Positions 13,939 through 26,748 of a stretch of 64,000 nt of DNA are shown here, piece after piece. The translations under genes and the position numbers were made by a program. Under the pieces are notes generated by a model. That model had not been told where the DNA came from. It did no database searches and was given only the letters and a program-made list of their open reading frames with translations. The stretch lies in contig NC_043020.1 of NCBI RefSeq assembly GCF_006345805.1, positions 23,560,001-23,624,000 of the forward strand, written 5' to 3'. The stretch's first letter is position 1. The number at the start of each line of letters is the position of its first letter. This DNA is from Octopus sinensis. Its lineage: Eukaryota.

Positions 13939-14427
13939 GAAATTCCTTGGTTTGGATTTGGAAACACTGAAAATAAGAACATACCCTTTCGAAGATCTGC
14001 TCGTACTAACAGTGCCAACAAATTCAAATAAGCAAGCGAAGAATCTCTGTTCTCCCCTTTCCACCAGCGTGGTTAAAATCATCAAACACTATGCTTATTT
14101 CGGTAAAATCCGAAGCATAATCAGAGGGAGATTAATTATAATTTCAACAATTGAGGGCAAAATTAATTAATTATTAATCAATTCACCAAGTGTTCAGTAT
14201 GCAAAGGGACCATTCAAGCGAATTCAAATTATTACATTATATAAAAGGGCTTAGTAAAATAAATTAATTTGCCGCATACTGAACTCATTAGAAATAGCAG
14301 CTAAAAAACTTTTTTAAAGCTATTTCTAATACTTAAAGAAAATCTCTCTCATATATAGTGTTTGCTTAATTCAACTCACAAAATTTTTGGGGGTAAGGAC
14401 ATCGAAAAATCAAATGCTAAGGTTATT

Positions 14428-14477
14428 TGAGAACACGTTTCAAGATTAGTCAAAACAACACTTCTATCATCAGCTCA
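14428..14477 (-). ncRNA. Hammerhead motif, monomer 3 (2-nt deletion in stem III)
   Basis: GAAAC-GT-GTT instead of GAAAC-GTAC-GTT. Confidence 0.6.
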
Positions 14478-14964
14478 GAAATTCCTTGGTTTGGATTTGG
14501 AAACACTGAAAATAAGAACATACCCTTTCGAAGATCTGCTCGTAACTAACAGTGCCAACAAATTCAAATAAGCAAGCGAAGAATCTCTGTTCTCCCCTTT
14601 CCACAGCGTGGGTTAAAATCATCAAACACTATGCTTATTTCGGTAAAATCCGAAGCATTAATCAGAGGAGATTAATTATAATTTCAACAATTGAGGGCAA
14701 AATTAATTAATTATTAATCAATTTCACCAAGTGTTCAGTATGCAAAGGGACCATTCAAGGCGAATTCAAATTATTACATTATATAAAAGGGCTTAGTAAA
14801 ATAAATTACTTTGCCGCATACTGAATCATTAGAAATAGCAGCTAAAAAACTTTTTTAAAGCTATTTCTAATACTTAAGAAAATCTCTCTCCTATATAGTG
14901 TTTGTAATTCAACTCACAAAAGTTTGGGGGTAAGGACATCGAAAAATCAAATGCTAAGGGTATT

Positions 14965-15014
14965 TGAGAACGTACGTTCAAGATTAGTCAAAACAACACT
15001 TCTATCATCACTCA
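14965..15014 (-). ncRNA. Hammerhead motif, monomer 4 (two 1-nt core deletions, possibly sequencing error)
   Basis: GAAC for GAAAC and loss of C3. Confidence 0.45.
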
Positions 15015-15390
15015 GAAATTCCTTGGTTTGGATTTGGAAACACTGAAAATAAGAACATACCCTTTCGAAGATCTGCTCGTAACTAACAGTGCCAACAAAT
15101 TCAAATAAGCAAGCGAAGAATCTCTGTTCTCCCCTTTCCACCAGCGTGGGTTAAAATCATCAAACACTATGCTTATTTCGGTAAAATCCGAAGCATTAAT
15201 CAGAGGGAGGGAGATTATTATAATTTCAACAATTGAGGGCAAAATTAATTAATTATTAATCAATTTCACCAAGTGTTCAGTATGCAAAGGGACCATTCAA
15301 GGCGATTCAAATTATTACTATATAAAAGGCTTAGTAAAATAAATTACTTTGCCGCATACTGAACTCATTAGAAATAGCAGCTAAAAAAAA

Positions 15391-15768
15391 CTTAGATATG
15401 TTTCGACCAAAGATTGGTCCAGGCATATGTCTAACTTAATAGCACCACCTGATAGGATTATCTGAATCCTGTTTAAGTCAAGTTTTGTTTATGGTCCATT
15501 CAAGTAGTGAGTTTTTGTTGGGTGAGTTGTATCCAATTATGGGTGGCTTATCTGGTATTCCTCGAAGGAATCTATCCAGACTCCGTTTAAATTTGAGGGG
15601 ATCCTTTTCCTCTTTGATCTCTTTCGGAACAATGTTAAATAGGGCAGGGCCTGTTGAGGAAAAGAAATTATGTTGCCGTGTACATGTATGCTGTGATCTT
15701 GAATTTGGCAGGGGACGTATGGCCCGTGGACCCAGTCTTGGATGAGCCTTGAAGCTAATGTTCAGGTC

Positions 15769-15770
<2 letters not shown>
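15391..15770 (-). mobile_element. 3' end of CR1/L2-group non-LTR retrotransposon (ORF remnant 15478-15768 plus 3' UTR)
   Basis: Open frame ...NFFSSTGPALFNIVPKEIKEEKDPLKFKRSLDRFLRGIPDKPPIIGYNSPNKNSLLEW matches the FN..P..I...FK..LD.FL..IPD.P C-terminal pattern; clade assignment approximate. Confidence 0.7.
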
Positions 15771-15811
<41 letters not shown>

Positions 15812-16248
15812 CGATCTTTTCCCTCTCATCCTTTCCGGTCGAAGTGCGTTATATATAATATAATATAATATATATATATATAATATATATATATATATAA
15901 TATATATGTATGTATGTAGTATATGTATATATATATATATATATATACATATATGAATATATAGTGAATAAATATATATATTAATATATAAATTTTATAT
16001 ATATATAAAGAGAAATTAACAAGGAATTAGAAAACCATGCGAAACACTTCTTAATCTTCTGTAGATAAAATTAAACCAGGCTACGAAAATAGTTCTGTGA
16101 TCGGTGTTGTACTTCAGGTAATTCGGTAGCCTTGTGTTAGTGGTTCCTAATTCTTTAATCGAGCACTAGATCGACCGATAAGAGCGAATAATAAACATAC
16201 TGTAAGCCTATAGTGAATAAATATATGTATATAAGCCATTTCTGTGTA

Positions 16249-16288
<40 letters not shown>

Positions 16289-16362
16289 TATATGTAGGTC
16301 CCGGGTTGATTCGGGGTTAACCACAGTAATAAGGTACTCAATACATAGCAGATTAAAATTAA

Positions 16363-16489
16363 TTATTATATAGAAGGAGCTTCTACAGGACTAGAACTGT
16401 TTCATTCAAGAGAAATCTTCAGGAGCTTCCTGAAGATTTCTCTTGAATGAAACAGTTCTAGTCCTGTAGAAGCTCCTTCTATATAATAA
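16363..16489. repeat. Perfect fold-back palindrome, 61-bp arms, 5-nt loop
   Basis: 16363-16423 is the exact reverse complement of 16429-16489; arm contains CTGAAGA..GAAAC. Confidence 0.92.
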
Positions 16490-16871
16490 AGAAATATATA
16501 TATTATATATATATAGTGTAATTCTGTGGTGGTAAGATCAACAAAAATGCACTTCATCTGGTGAGACATAAATATTATTAATATACACAGAATATGTTCT
16601 TATGAGCTACCATTACTTTCCTGCGACACTAGCAGCTCAGGCATATTTTAACATATTTGGTATCTTAGCACTTGGCATAACAAGCTAAACACGATAGCCT
16701 GAGGATTGCGCTAAGGTACCAGTGTTAAAAATGCTATCTGATCTTTGATTTCATCACATGAAACTAATAATGGGTCATAGAAATTTTATTGTGTATATTA
16801 ACTAATGTCATAAATATATATATATATATATATATACATACATAGATTCATATATGCATACATGTGTATAT

Positions 16872-16904
<33 letters not shown>

Positions 16905-16974
16905 GTATATTATATATATATATATATATACATATATACATAATATATATACACATGTATGTATGTATGTTATA

Positions 16975-17005
<31 letters not shown>

Positions 17006-17276
17006 GATATATATATATATATATATATATATAATGTTTTTCATATAAAAGTTATATAAGTTAGTGCACATTTAAACAGAAAGACGTGAGCCTTAACAGG
17101 TTGCCTAACATACTAGAAAGAACAGTTAAAAAGTCCAAACCACGGTTAAGAGCAACTTCGAAGAGAATGAAAAATAAAAACATTTACCATGTCTTACAGC
17201 CGGAACTCAAATTTCTAACATTGGTTAGCAAATAAACTAATTTGCAAGGCGAAGATCTCATCAGCGGATACGCCAA

Positions 17277-17313
<37 letters not shown>

Positions 17314-17339
17314 ATATATATATATATAATATATATATA

Positions 17340-17556
17340 TAAGAGAGGCTGCTCAAAAGTTTCTGGATCTACGAGTATCGCCAAACGCCCAGGCAGAGGC
17401 CCAAGATTCTACGTTCTTGTACGGAGCTTAGAAAGAATGAAGAACTGCTACAATATGTGTGTAAATCTGCGAGGCAATTTCTTCAATAAAATCAGAATTC
17501 ACTTATCCTCTTGTATTATTTTTACACAAAGCCAGGAACTTTTCAGCATCCTTATA
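17340..17556 (+). mobile_element. Mariner-derived MITE (about 215 bp)
   Basis: Imperfect TIRs (GCTCAAAAGTTTCTGG / CCAGGAACTTTTCAGC), TA context, homologous to 23739-23958. Confidence 0.65.
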
Positions 17557-17561
17557 CATAT

Positions 17562-17607
<46 letters not shown>

Positions 17608-18084
17608 TTATATATATATATATATATATTATATATATTATATAATATACATATATATAATATATATATGATATATATATACATAATATATATATATATA
17701 TATATAAGCAATATGTATATATGAATGTATGTATGTATGTATGTATATACTTAGATATATACACGCACACACGCTCACGTATATATGTGTGTATATATAT
17801 ATATATACTCATATATACATATATATATGTATGTGTATATAAATACATATATATATAATATACATATATATATACATATATACTACACACACAACACACA
17901 CACACACCCCCACATATATATACATATATATATAATATATTATATATTTATATTATATACATCTTCACATAAGCCCCTACTTATGATAAAATGTTTAAAT
18001 GAAATACCAGATGGTATTATATCTCTAAAGGAAAGATGTCGTCTTCTCCTTAAGCTGGGCCGACACTACGACAAAGCACTTCAT

Positions 18085-18976
<892 letters not shown>

Positions 18977-18977
<1 letters not shown>

Positions 18978-19049
18978 TGTTTCTTTATTAGCCACACAGG
19001 GCTGCACACAGATAGAACAAATTACAAGGTAGAGCTTTTCTTTTGAAGG

Positions 19050-19085
<36 letters not shown>

Positions 19086-22000
19086 AAGGGGGAGGTTCGA
19101 TCAAAATGGATCGTAAAAGGAGGAGAAAGAAGAAAGAGGACAAAAATAAGGGGGGTAATAAAAAAAAAAAAAAAAAAGGGGGGGAGAGGAAAAAAAAATG
19201 ATCAATAGGGATCGTTATCACAGAAATGTCAATATGAAGTGAAAAGGGGAGGACAGGTGAGGTTTACCCGTGGAAAGCAAAGCCTGCGGAAAAGACCACG
19301 GTAACCTCGGTCAATGAAGTCACATTTTATATTTCTTTTTTTTTTTTTTTTTTTTTTGCAAATAAGCAACTCTCTGTTTCGATTTCTGGGTTCATAGGAC
19401 TATGCTCAAGGTGGCTTCGTCATTCATACGTGCCATTCTTGCTACATTCACCATCTTTTTTTAAAAACATTCGCTAGACAAAACTTGCCTCTCTACTCTC
19501 ACTTTCCTTTTCAAGTGGTACTTGAAGAAGTTGATGAGAGATTGACCAGAGAGGAAAGTGTTTGTCTCCAATCCTTTCAGACGCGTCCACCAGATACATT
19601 CTTTCGCCATAGCCACAAGGATGATGAAAATAGCTCTTCCTTCCGTTTTGAAGGAAGGAGGGCGTGACAATATATGACGATAGACTCAGCTGATAAACCG
19701 ACTCGTCCCACACGTGACAGCAGTTGTTCGACATAAGCCCACAGGTCGGAAATTGTTGGACACTGAACGAGTGCGTGCAGAACGGTTTCGTCGCTCTGAC
19801 CGCATCTCGGGCAGGTCGGCCCCCGTGTTTCTCGAGCCGTGTCTGTAGAGCTTATCCCGAACGGGTAGCGCTTCTCGGTAGCACTGCCAGGCCAGGGATC
19901 TCTGGAAGTTGTCCATGGGCCCTGGCCCGAAAGTCGTCCCGAACAGGCGGGTCAGGTACTCCTCGTCGACGTCCAGGTTCGCCCCGAGCTCGTCGTCGTA
20001 CCTCCCCTCCACTAAGCCCCTATAGAATGCTTTGGTTGTGTTGAAGTCACTTAAGGTCGACCCAGGACGGCAGAGTTGCTTGAGAGCAACACGACACTCG
20101 CGGTGCCATTCGCCCTTCCTCGGCCTCTTTTTGATCCACGACTGCAGTTCGGTCATGGAGACGAGCTGCGGGAAAGCGTGCCTCACAAACGGCGACCACA
20201 CCTGTTCACCGTCGTCTACATAGAGCCAGAGATGTCGCAGTCTCAGCGCGTGTCTGCGCATCATCAACCACGGCATGCCCCAGCCCTCCTTTTAACGGGT
20301 GTTGACAGCAAATGGATCGCCTGACCATCGGGACGCATCCTTTCCACAAGAAGCGAAGAGGATGCGTTGTAGTTTGGTGTGGTAGGGTCGGGACAAGGTA
20401 CGACGGTCAGGCGGTAGTAGATGACGGACGCGATGTACGTGTTCGCCACCTCCGCTCGACCTTTTAGGGACAGTTTCCTCTCGGCCCATTGCCGGGCGAG
20501 AGTGACCACCCTACTCGTTATCTCGTTCCAGTTCTTCTCCACTTGGAGGTCCGGACCAAACCAGACCCCAAGCAAACAACCGGGTCGTCGGTCCAGCGTC
20601 CCACGACGGAGGCGCTGGTGACGGCATGGGCTTGCTTCTCCAGGTGCCTAGTCGCAAGCCCACTGAACTTTTCCCGGTGTTGATTTCGCTCCTGTCACCG
20701 CTTCGTAGTTTTTCAGTGTCTCGCCGACCAGCTCGATGTGCTCGTGGCTAGACACTATGACGGTGACGTCGTCCGCGTATGCAGACACGCTCGTCCCGCA
20801 TCCCAATTCTCGCGGGATGCCCCTTAGAGTCGCCAGCTTCCGCAGTAGTGGCTCCAAGAGTCAATACGTATAGAAGCGCCGAGAGGGGGCATCCCTGACG
20901 GACCGAACGTGCAATGTCGAAAGGTCTCGATAGATGTCCCATTTACGCGAATTACCGAACGGATGCCTCTGTACAAGGCAGCTATCCAGCCGCGGAAGAC
21001 GGGACCGAAACCAGCCGCTCTCAGGACTGCCTCAAGTATCGATGGTCTACCCTATCAAAGGCTTTTGATTGATCCAAGTTGATCAGGGCCCCACCCATGC
21101 AGGTTCGTTAACTACCCTGTCTATGATGTAGCGCATCAGATGGAGGTTGTCATGGATGGTCCGGCCTGGCACGGCGCATGTTTGCGCCTTGTCGACCAGT
21201 TTCTCGATGACAAGCGCCAACCTCTTGGCTAGCACCTTGGCCAAAATTTTCAAGTCTGCATTAAGCAGAGTGATGGGCCTAAAAGTTATCTATTACATTT
21301 CCCTTGTTTAGATCTTTCTTCAGCAGTGTTACGGCTCCTCGGCTCACAAAACCAGGAATGCTCCCGTTTTTTGCTGCCAGTTGCAGTACACCCGCCGCCA
21401 AGAGATCTCCAAACAAGTCTGGCATACAATTGTAAAGCTCGTAGGGTAGACCATCCAAACCCGGTGATTTGTCCCTCGAGCATTCTGCCATCGCTTCCCG
21501 CACTTCCGCCGCCGTGATGGCACCTTCGTAGCACCCTGCCTTTCTTGTCGAGAGTCGTGGTAGGCTATGTAGGTAGGCACTGAAGTCCACCCTACGTTCT
21601 GCCCTCCACTCGTTCCGAACAGTCGGGAAAAATGCTGCTGAAAGGCCTCACAACATTTTACTTGGCTCGAGCAATTCGCGCCCCTGTTCATCTACGAGTG
21701 ACCGAATGGTGGCTTTGTTGCCCTGTTGCGCATCTGCCACCGGGCCTCTCTCGCGGCTCCAACACTTCGTTCCTTAGAGCACGCATCCTAGCTCTGACAG
21801 CACATCCTTCGTGTTGGCGTTGAAGTGTTGGTCGAGGGCCAACCTCGCCGCCAAAACGTCGGATGCGATGCCGCTTCTAATTGCCTCTTCTAGCTTCTTA
21901 ACTAGCTCACCCTCTACTCTATTTTATCTATGGCTAGTGCTTTGCTGTACCTAATCGCTTCTGCTTTTACTGCTCTCTTGAGGCAAACCACCATTTGTTG

Positions 22001-22151
22001 TTGATGATGGCTCCCGTCAAAGCCCTCTTACTAGTGTGCTAATCCGGTCTCTGAAAACTTGTCTCGATGGGAAAGGACGCGTTTAGTTTCCAGTATCCGG
22101 GACCCTGCCTAAGTGTCTTACCTAAGTCTAGCGTACATGTCACAAGTTTGT
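18977..22151 (-). mobile_element. 5'-truncated Tx1/L1-clade LINE; ORF2 remnant 19392-22150 with frameshifts, 3' UTR ending AATAAAGAAAC-(ATCT)n
   Basis: [10 protein letters not shown] (end of APE region), KSPGLDGLP.ELY, SVRQGCPLSALLYVL, YADD at 20768-20779, LSLKGRAEVAN, AWQCYREALPVRDKL (pre zinc knuckle); GC-rich relative to flanks; (TAGA)n on both sides. Confidence 0.92.
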
Positions 22152-22220
<69 letters not shown>

Positions 22221-22221
22221 T

Positions 22222-22276
<55 letters not shown>

Positions 22277-22277
22277 T

Positions 22278-22349
<72 letters not shown>

Positions 22350-22449
22350 AAAGAGGACATAGAGATGGAGAAAAGGACAGATACATTCATACATGTGTAC
22401 ATAAATACATACATGCATACATACATACATACATACATACATACATACA

Positions 22450-22482
<33 letters not shown>

Positions 22483-23199
22483 GATTACATACCTACACAC
22501 ATACCTGCACAAATACGCACGTACAGAGCTAGATAACAAGCATAAATTGCTAATAGAAATCAGATGGGATAGTTCACATACTTCCATAGATATCAAATTT
22601 AATTTGGAATAATTTTATTGCGATGACTATAAAATTATATCTTGTTGCTTCACCTGTTTTCATTAACAACACGGCAATACCTACCAAATCAAGTTTACTC
22701 CACAATACAAGTGTACCATTGCGGTTACATAAATCTACACAAACATCATTTTGCATAGAAATACGTTTACTTCTCTGCATTTATGGCTCTATCAAAAAGT
22801 TTTCGTATTGTTATGAGCTTCTTCAGCTTTAGTCCTCTGCATTATGCTGTAGGCCAAATATAAAATTCTCATGTTGACTGTTTGTTTGCTATTAGGTCAA
22901 CTATGAGAAGAAATGGCATTTGTTGTCGAAGGCGTACGAGTCTGAAATATAATTTATAACTCAAAATTTATTGTTGTATTAAGTTATAAACACCTATGGA
23001 TATTCTTTTACAGTGGTGTGTATACTTACTCTTTCTCTCTCTTGCGTGCATATATGTATATATATATGTGTGTGTGTATATATAGAGAGAGAGATAAATA
23101 TGTATATATATGTATATATATATATAAATATATGCATACATACATATATATATATGTATACACACACCACCACACACACACACAACACATATATTATAT

Positions 23200-23230
<31 letters not shown>

Positions 23231-23738
23231 GTAATGTATATATATGTAATATATATGAAATGTAACGTGTATGGGATGGCACAACAATGCAGAGGGGAAT
23301 ATAATAACTGTTATAGATAATTTAATTATTCATAGTACTTTTTCTACTCTTTTACATGATTCAATAATTTGAGTGTGGCCATGCTGGAACACCACCTTTA
23401 GTCGAGCAAATCTTTGTAAGCCTAGTACGTATTCCATCGGTCTATTTTGCCGAACTGCTAGGATGCGGGGCCGTAAACACACCAACATCGGTTGTCAAGC
23501 GATGTTGGGGGTACAAACACATTTGGATATATAGTCGTGGTGGTCAGAATTGTGGAACATAGGTCTGAGAATTAGAATTTTAATTTTAAATGCCCAACAT
23601 TATATTTAATTTGCAATATATTACTTGGCCAAAAATTTGGAACATAGGCCTGAAAATTGGAATTTTTATATTGAATCAAATTGGGCATAATTATTTCAAT
23701 TTTTGAAAACATTTTCGAAGCATTTGATTACCACTGTA

Positions 23739-23958
23739 TACGAGGGGCTGGAGAAAAGTTCCTGGCATTAAGGGTATCGCGAAATGCCTGACTGGAGACC
23801 CAACCTTCCTAGTTCTTTTGCAGAGCTTCGGAAAACTGAAGGACCGCTGTAATAATTGCGTGAATTTGAGAGCGAAATATGTCGAATAAAATCGTATTTA
23901 ACTTATCCTCCTGTATTTTCTTTTACCCAAAACTAGGAACTTTACAGCTCGCTCTTCA
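23739..23958 (+). mobile_element. Mariner-derived MITE
   Basis: TA-CGAGGGG..AAAAGTTCCTGG left TIR, degenerate right TIR; residual DRCNNCVNLRAKYVE* mariner C-terminus. Confidence 0.7.
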
Positions 23959-24547
23959 TTGATCACCTAATGACGTTCGTCTGAAAACCAAAATACCCTA
24001 TTTGTTGTTTATTCATATTGTAATTATACAATTATTTTCCCTTTGTTGTATAGCCAAAAGGTGTTTGTCCGTTGTATGTGTGTAATTCTTTTCCTGTTGC
24101 ACTTCCATTATTATTTCATAACGTTACGTTCATCCGACCGTAGAAAGAACCTTTGTGTTCTTTACGTATTCGTAAATGTACAATTATTTTCCTTCTGTCG
24201 TATAGCCGAAAGGCGTTCTGTTGTACATGTATAATTCTAGCCTTCTCGTTTCTGTTTCCGTCCTTGTATTCATTCGTTTGCCTTTCCCAGAGGCTTAATT
24301 CTTTTAGCCTAAGTCCCTAGAACTTGCCAGGTTTCGAGCAGTCTCGAAACTGCAAGGACTTTCCAGACACCGACCGAGGAGTAAATCAGCTGCAAATGAT
24401 CCATGTATCTTTTTTTTGTCCTGTTTGCCGTTTGTTATGCTAGCGTCTATTTTCTCGTATGTTGTGTTTTTTTTTATTTCCGCTTGTTCCGTCCTTTCTG
24501 CTCTACTTCATATATATATATATGTATGTATGTATGTATGTATATAT

Positions 24548-24760
24548 ATAACGGGAAGCTTTATGAAAATAGACAAAAGACGAAGGCAGGTGGAAAACAA
24601 ACGAACAATTGTATTAGTATGGCGCTCAGGAAATATAAATAAAACAAGTCTTTAACGTTTCGAGCCTACGCTCTTCAACAGAAAGATACACAGAGAGAAA
24701 AAAAACAACACAGAAAGAAGGAGAGAAAAAAAATGCGTGCAGTAGCTAACGAATCAACAT
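24548..24760 (-). mobile_element. PLE-like terminal fragment family D with minimal HHR-like motif (24650-24685)
   Basis: Minus strand CTTT-CTGTTGA-A-GAGC-GTAG-GCTC-GAAAC-GTT-AAAG; homologs at 31985-32200 and 61090-61160. Confidence 0.7.
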
Positions 24761-24860
24761 ATATATATATTATATATATATATATATACATATATACACA
24801 CAACACACACACATATATATATATATATAATATATATAATATACATATATATATATATAT

Positions 24861-24891
<31 letters not shown>

Positions 24892-24959
24892 TTTTTGCTA
24901 CACATCGCTGATCACAATGCGTTTCGCACTGTTTTTAGCCTTCAAATGACATCATCACG

Positions 24960-25287
<328 letters not shown>

Positions 25288-25289
25288 TA

Positions 25290-25396
<107 letters not shown>

Positions 25397-25403
25397 TATA
25401 TAT

Positions 25404-25437
<34 letters not shown>

Positions 25438-25450
25438 ATATTATATATAT

Positions 25451-26103
25451 AAAATAATAGTTATCGCCATACTAATATGGCATTCTTATAAAAATAAGAA
25501 TAAAGCTGTCCGCTTATTAGCTCCATGAGGCCATCGCCTTAGTTAGCTATTTGATACACAACTGTATCCATATAACCTTCGAACAAGGGAGGTCAGTCGC
25601 TCCACACTACTTGACCGGCAGCTACAGACGCGTTTCGGGGTATTGCCCCTTTTCAATGCAGCGTAGCCAGCCAGTAGGTGTCGCTTCCGACAATCTCTGT
25701 TCGATGGTTTTATTTACCTAGTTTCGATGGAATACATCCACTTGTTTTCAATAATAAAATATTAAAATTACTAAGTCTCTCTAAAAGAGAACAGCGGCAG
25801 CGTTCCCGGAAATAATAGTTATCGCCATACTAATATGGCATTCTTATAAAAATAAGAATAAAGCTGTCCGCTTATTAGCTCCATGAGGCCATCGCCTTAA
25901 GTTAGCTATTTGATACACAAACTGTATCCATATAACCTTCGAACAAGGGAGGTCAGTCGCTCCACACTACTTGACCGGCAGCTACGGACAGCTTTATTCT
26001 TATTTTTATAAGAATGCCATATTAGTATGGCGATAACTATTATTTTCCGGGAACGCTGCCGCTGTTCTCTTTTAGAGAGACTTAGTAATTTTAATATTTC
26101 TAT

Positions 26104-26104
<1 letters not shown>
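25451..26104 (-). mobile_element. Non-autonomous PLE/retrozyme-like insertion: 1.5 direct 358-bp units plus a 120-bp inverted segment, in (TA)n
   Basis: 25451-25625 repeated at 25810-25985; 25985-26104 is the reverse complement of 25751-25870. Confidence 0.9.
25621..25662 (-). ncRNA. Type I hammerhead ribozyme, U3:A8 covariant
   Basis: GCTGCA-TTGAAAA-GGGG-CAATA-CCCC-GAAAC-GC-GTC-TGTAGC: 6-bp stem I, 4-bp stem II, palindromic stem III ACGCGT, GUC triplet. Confidence 0.78.
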
Positions 26105-26147
<43 letters not shown>

Positions 26148-26698
26148 GTGTGTTGTGTGTGTGTGTAGTACTTGCTTCTTTACAGTTTCTGCTAACCAAA
26201 TGCAGTCAAAATGCGTTGGTTGACCCGGGTTTATAGAAGATCCTTACCAAAGGAGCCAACAATTCGTTATAATTAGTCACACGTACGGACATACGGCAAT
26301 GGATTGCACCCTTAGTCAGAACTGACCCGGGGTTAAATAATAAACCACCACCAATACCACCAAAGACAACAAAGTGTGGAATGGCATTTAAGAAACGCAC
26401 GCTTTACTAATACACAGTTTCGAGCTAATAGAAAGCGACAGATTTGCAGCTAACAAAGTTAGATTTAAAGTGAAGAATTATTTTCATTGAATTCTCGTTA
26501 AACACGTAAGTAGAGTTTGGAATGGTGTTTTACTGTTGCAGTGCTGCTTAAAATTGTGAAACATCACAAGAGTAATTAATTTTTCAGAATCTGGCGAAGA
26601 TAAATTTTACCTTGATGTTTCAAGCTGAACTTTAATTTGCAAACTTCAATTACATGAGATAGATTTCACTCCGACATGTGCGAAACTCCGTGCGTGTG

Positions 26699-26748
<50 letters not shown>

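Larger units (their letters stand above)
13161..15390 (-). repeat. Head-to-tail array of about 541-bp monomers (4.1 copies), one HHR per monomer
   Basis: Monomer starts at 13161, 13705, 14244, 14786, 15325; copies differ mainly by 1-2 nt indels. Confidence 0.95.

Noticed and set aside
13161-15390. Indel differences between array monomers read as evolutionary decay, and short 60-115-aa ORFs in each monomer
   Set aside because: Scattered 1-nt deletions with almost no substitutions look like unpolished long-read errors; the ORFs shift with these indels and show no recognisable domain
17200-17270. Minus-strand CTGATGA near a GCTGTAAGAC motif
   Set aside because: No correctly placed GAAA or stem II
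22827-22848. Possible 22-nt micro-exon encoding ankyrin-like FSPLHYA
   Set aside because: Too short, weak donor, no neighbouring exons; chance match likely
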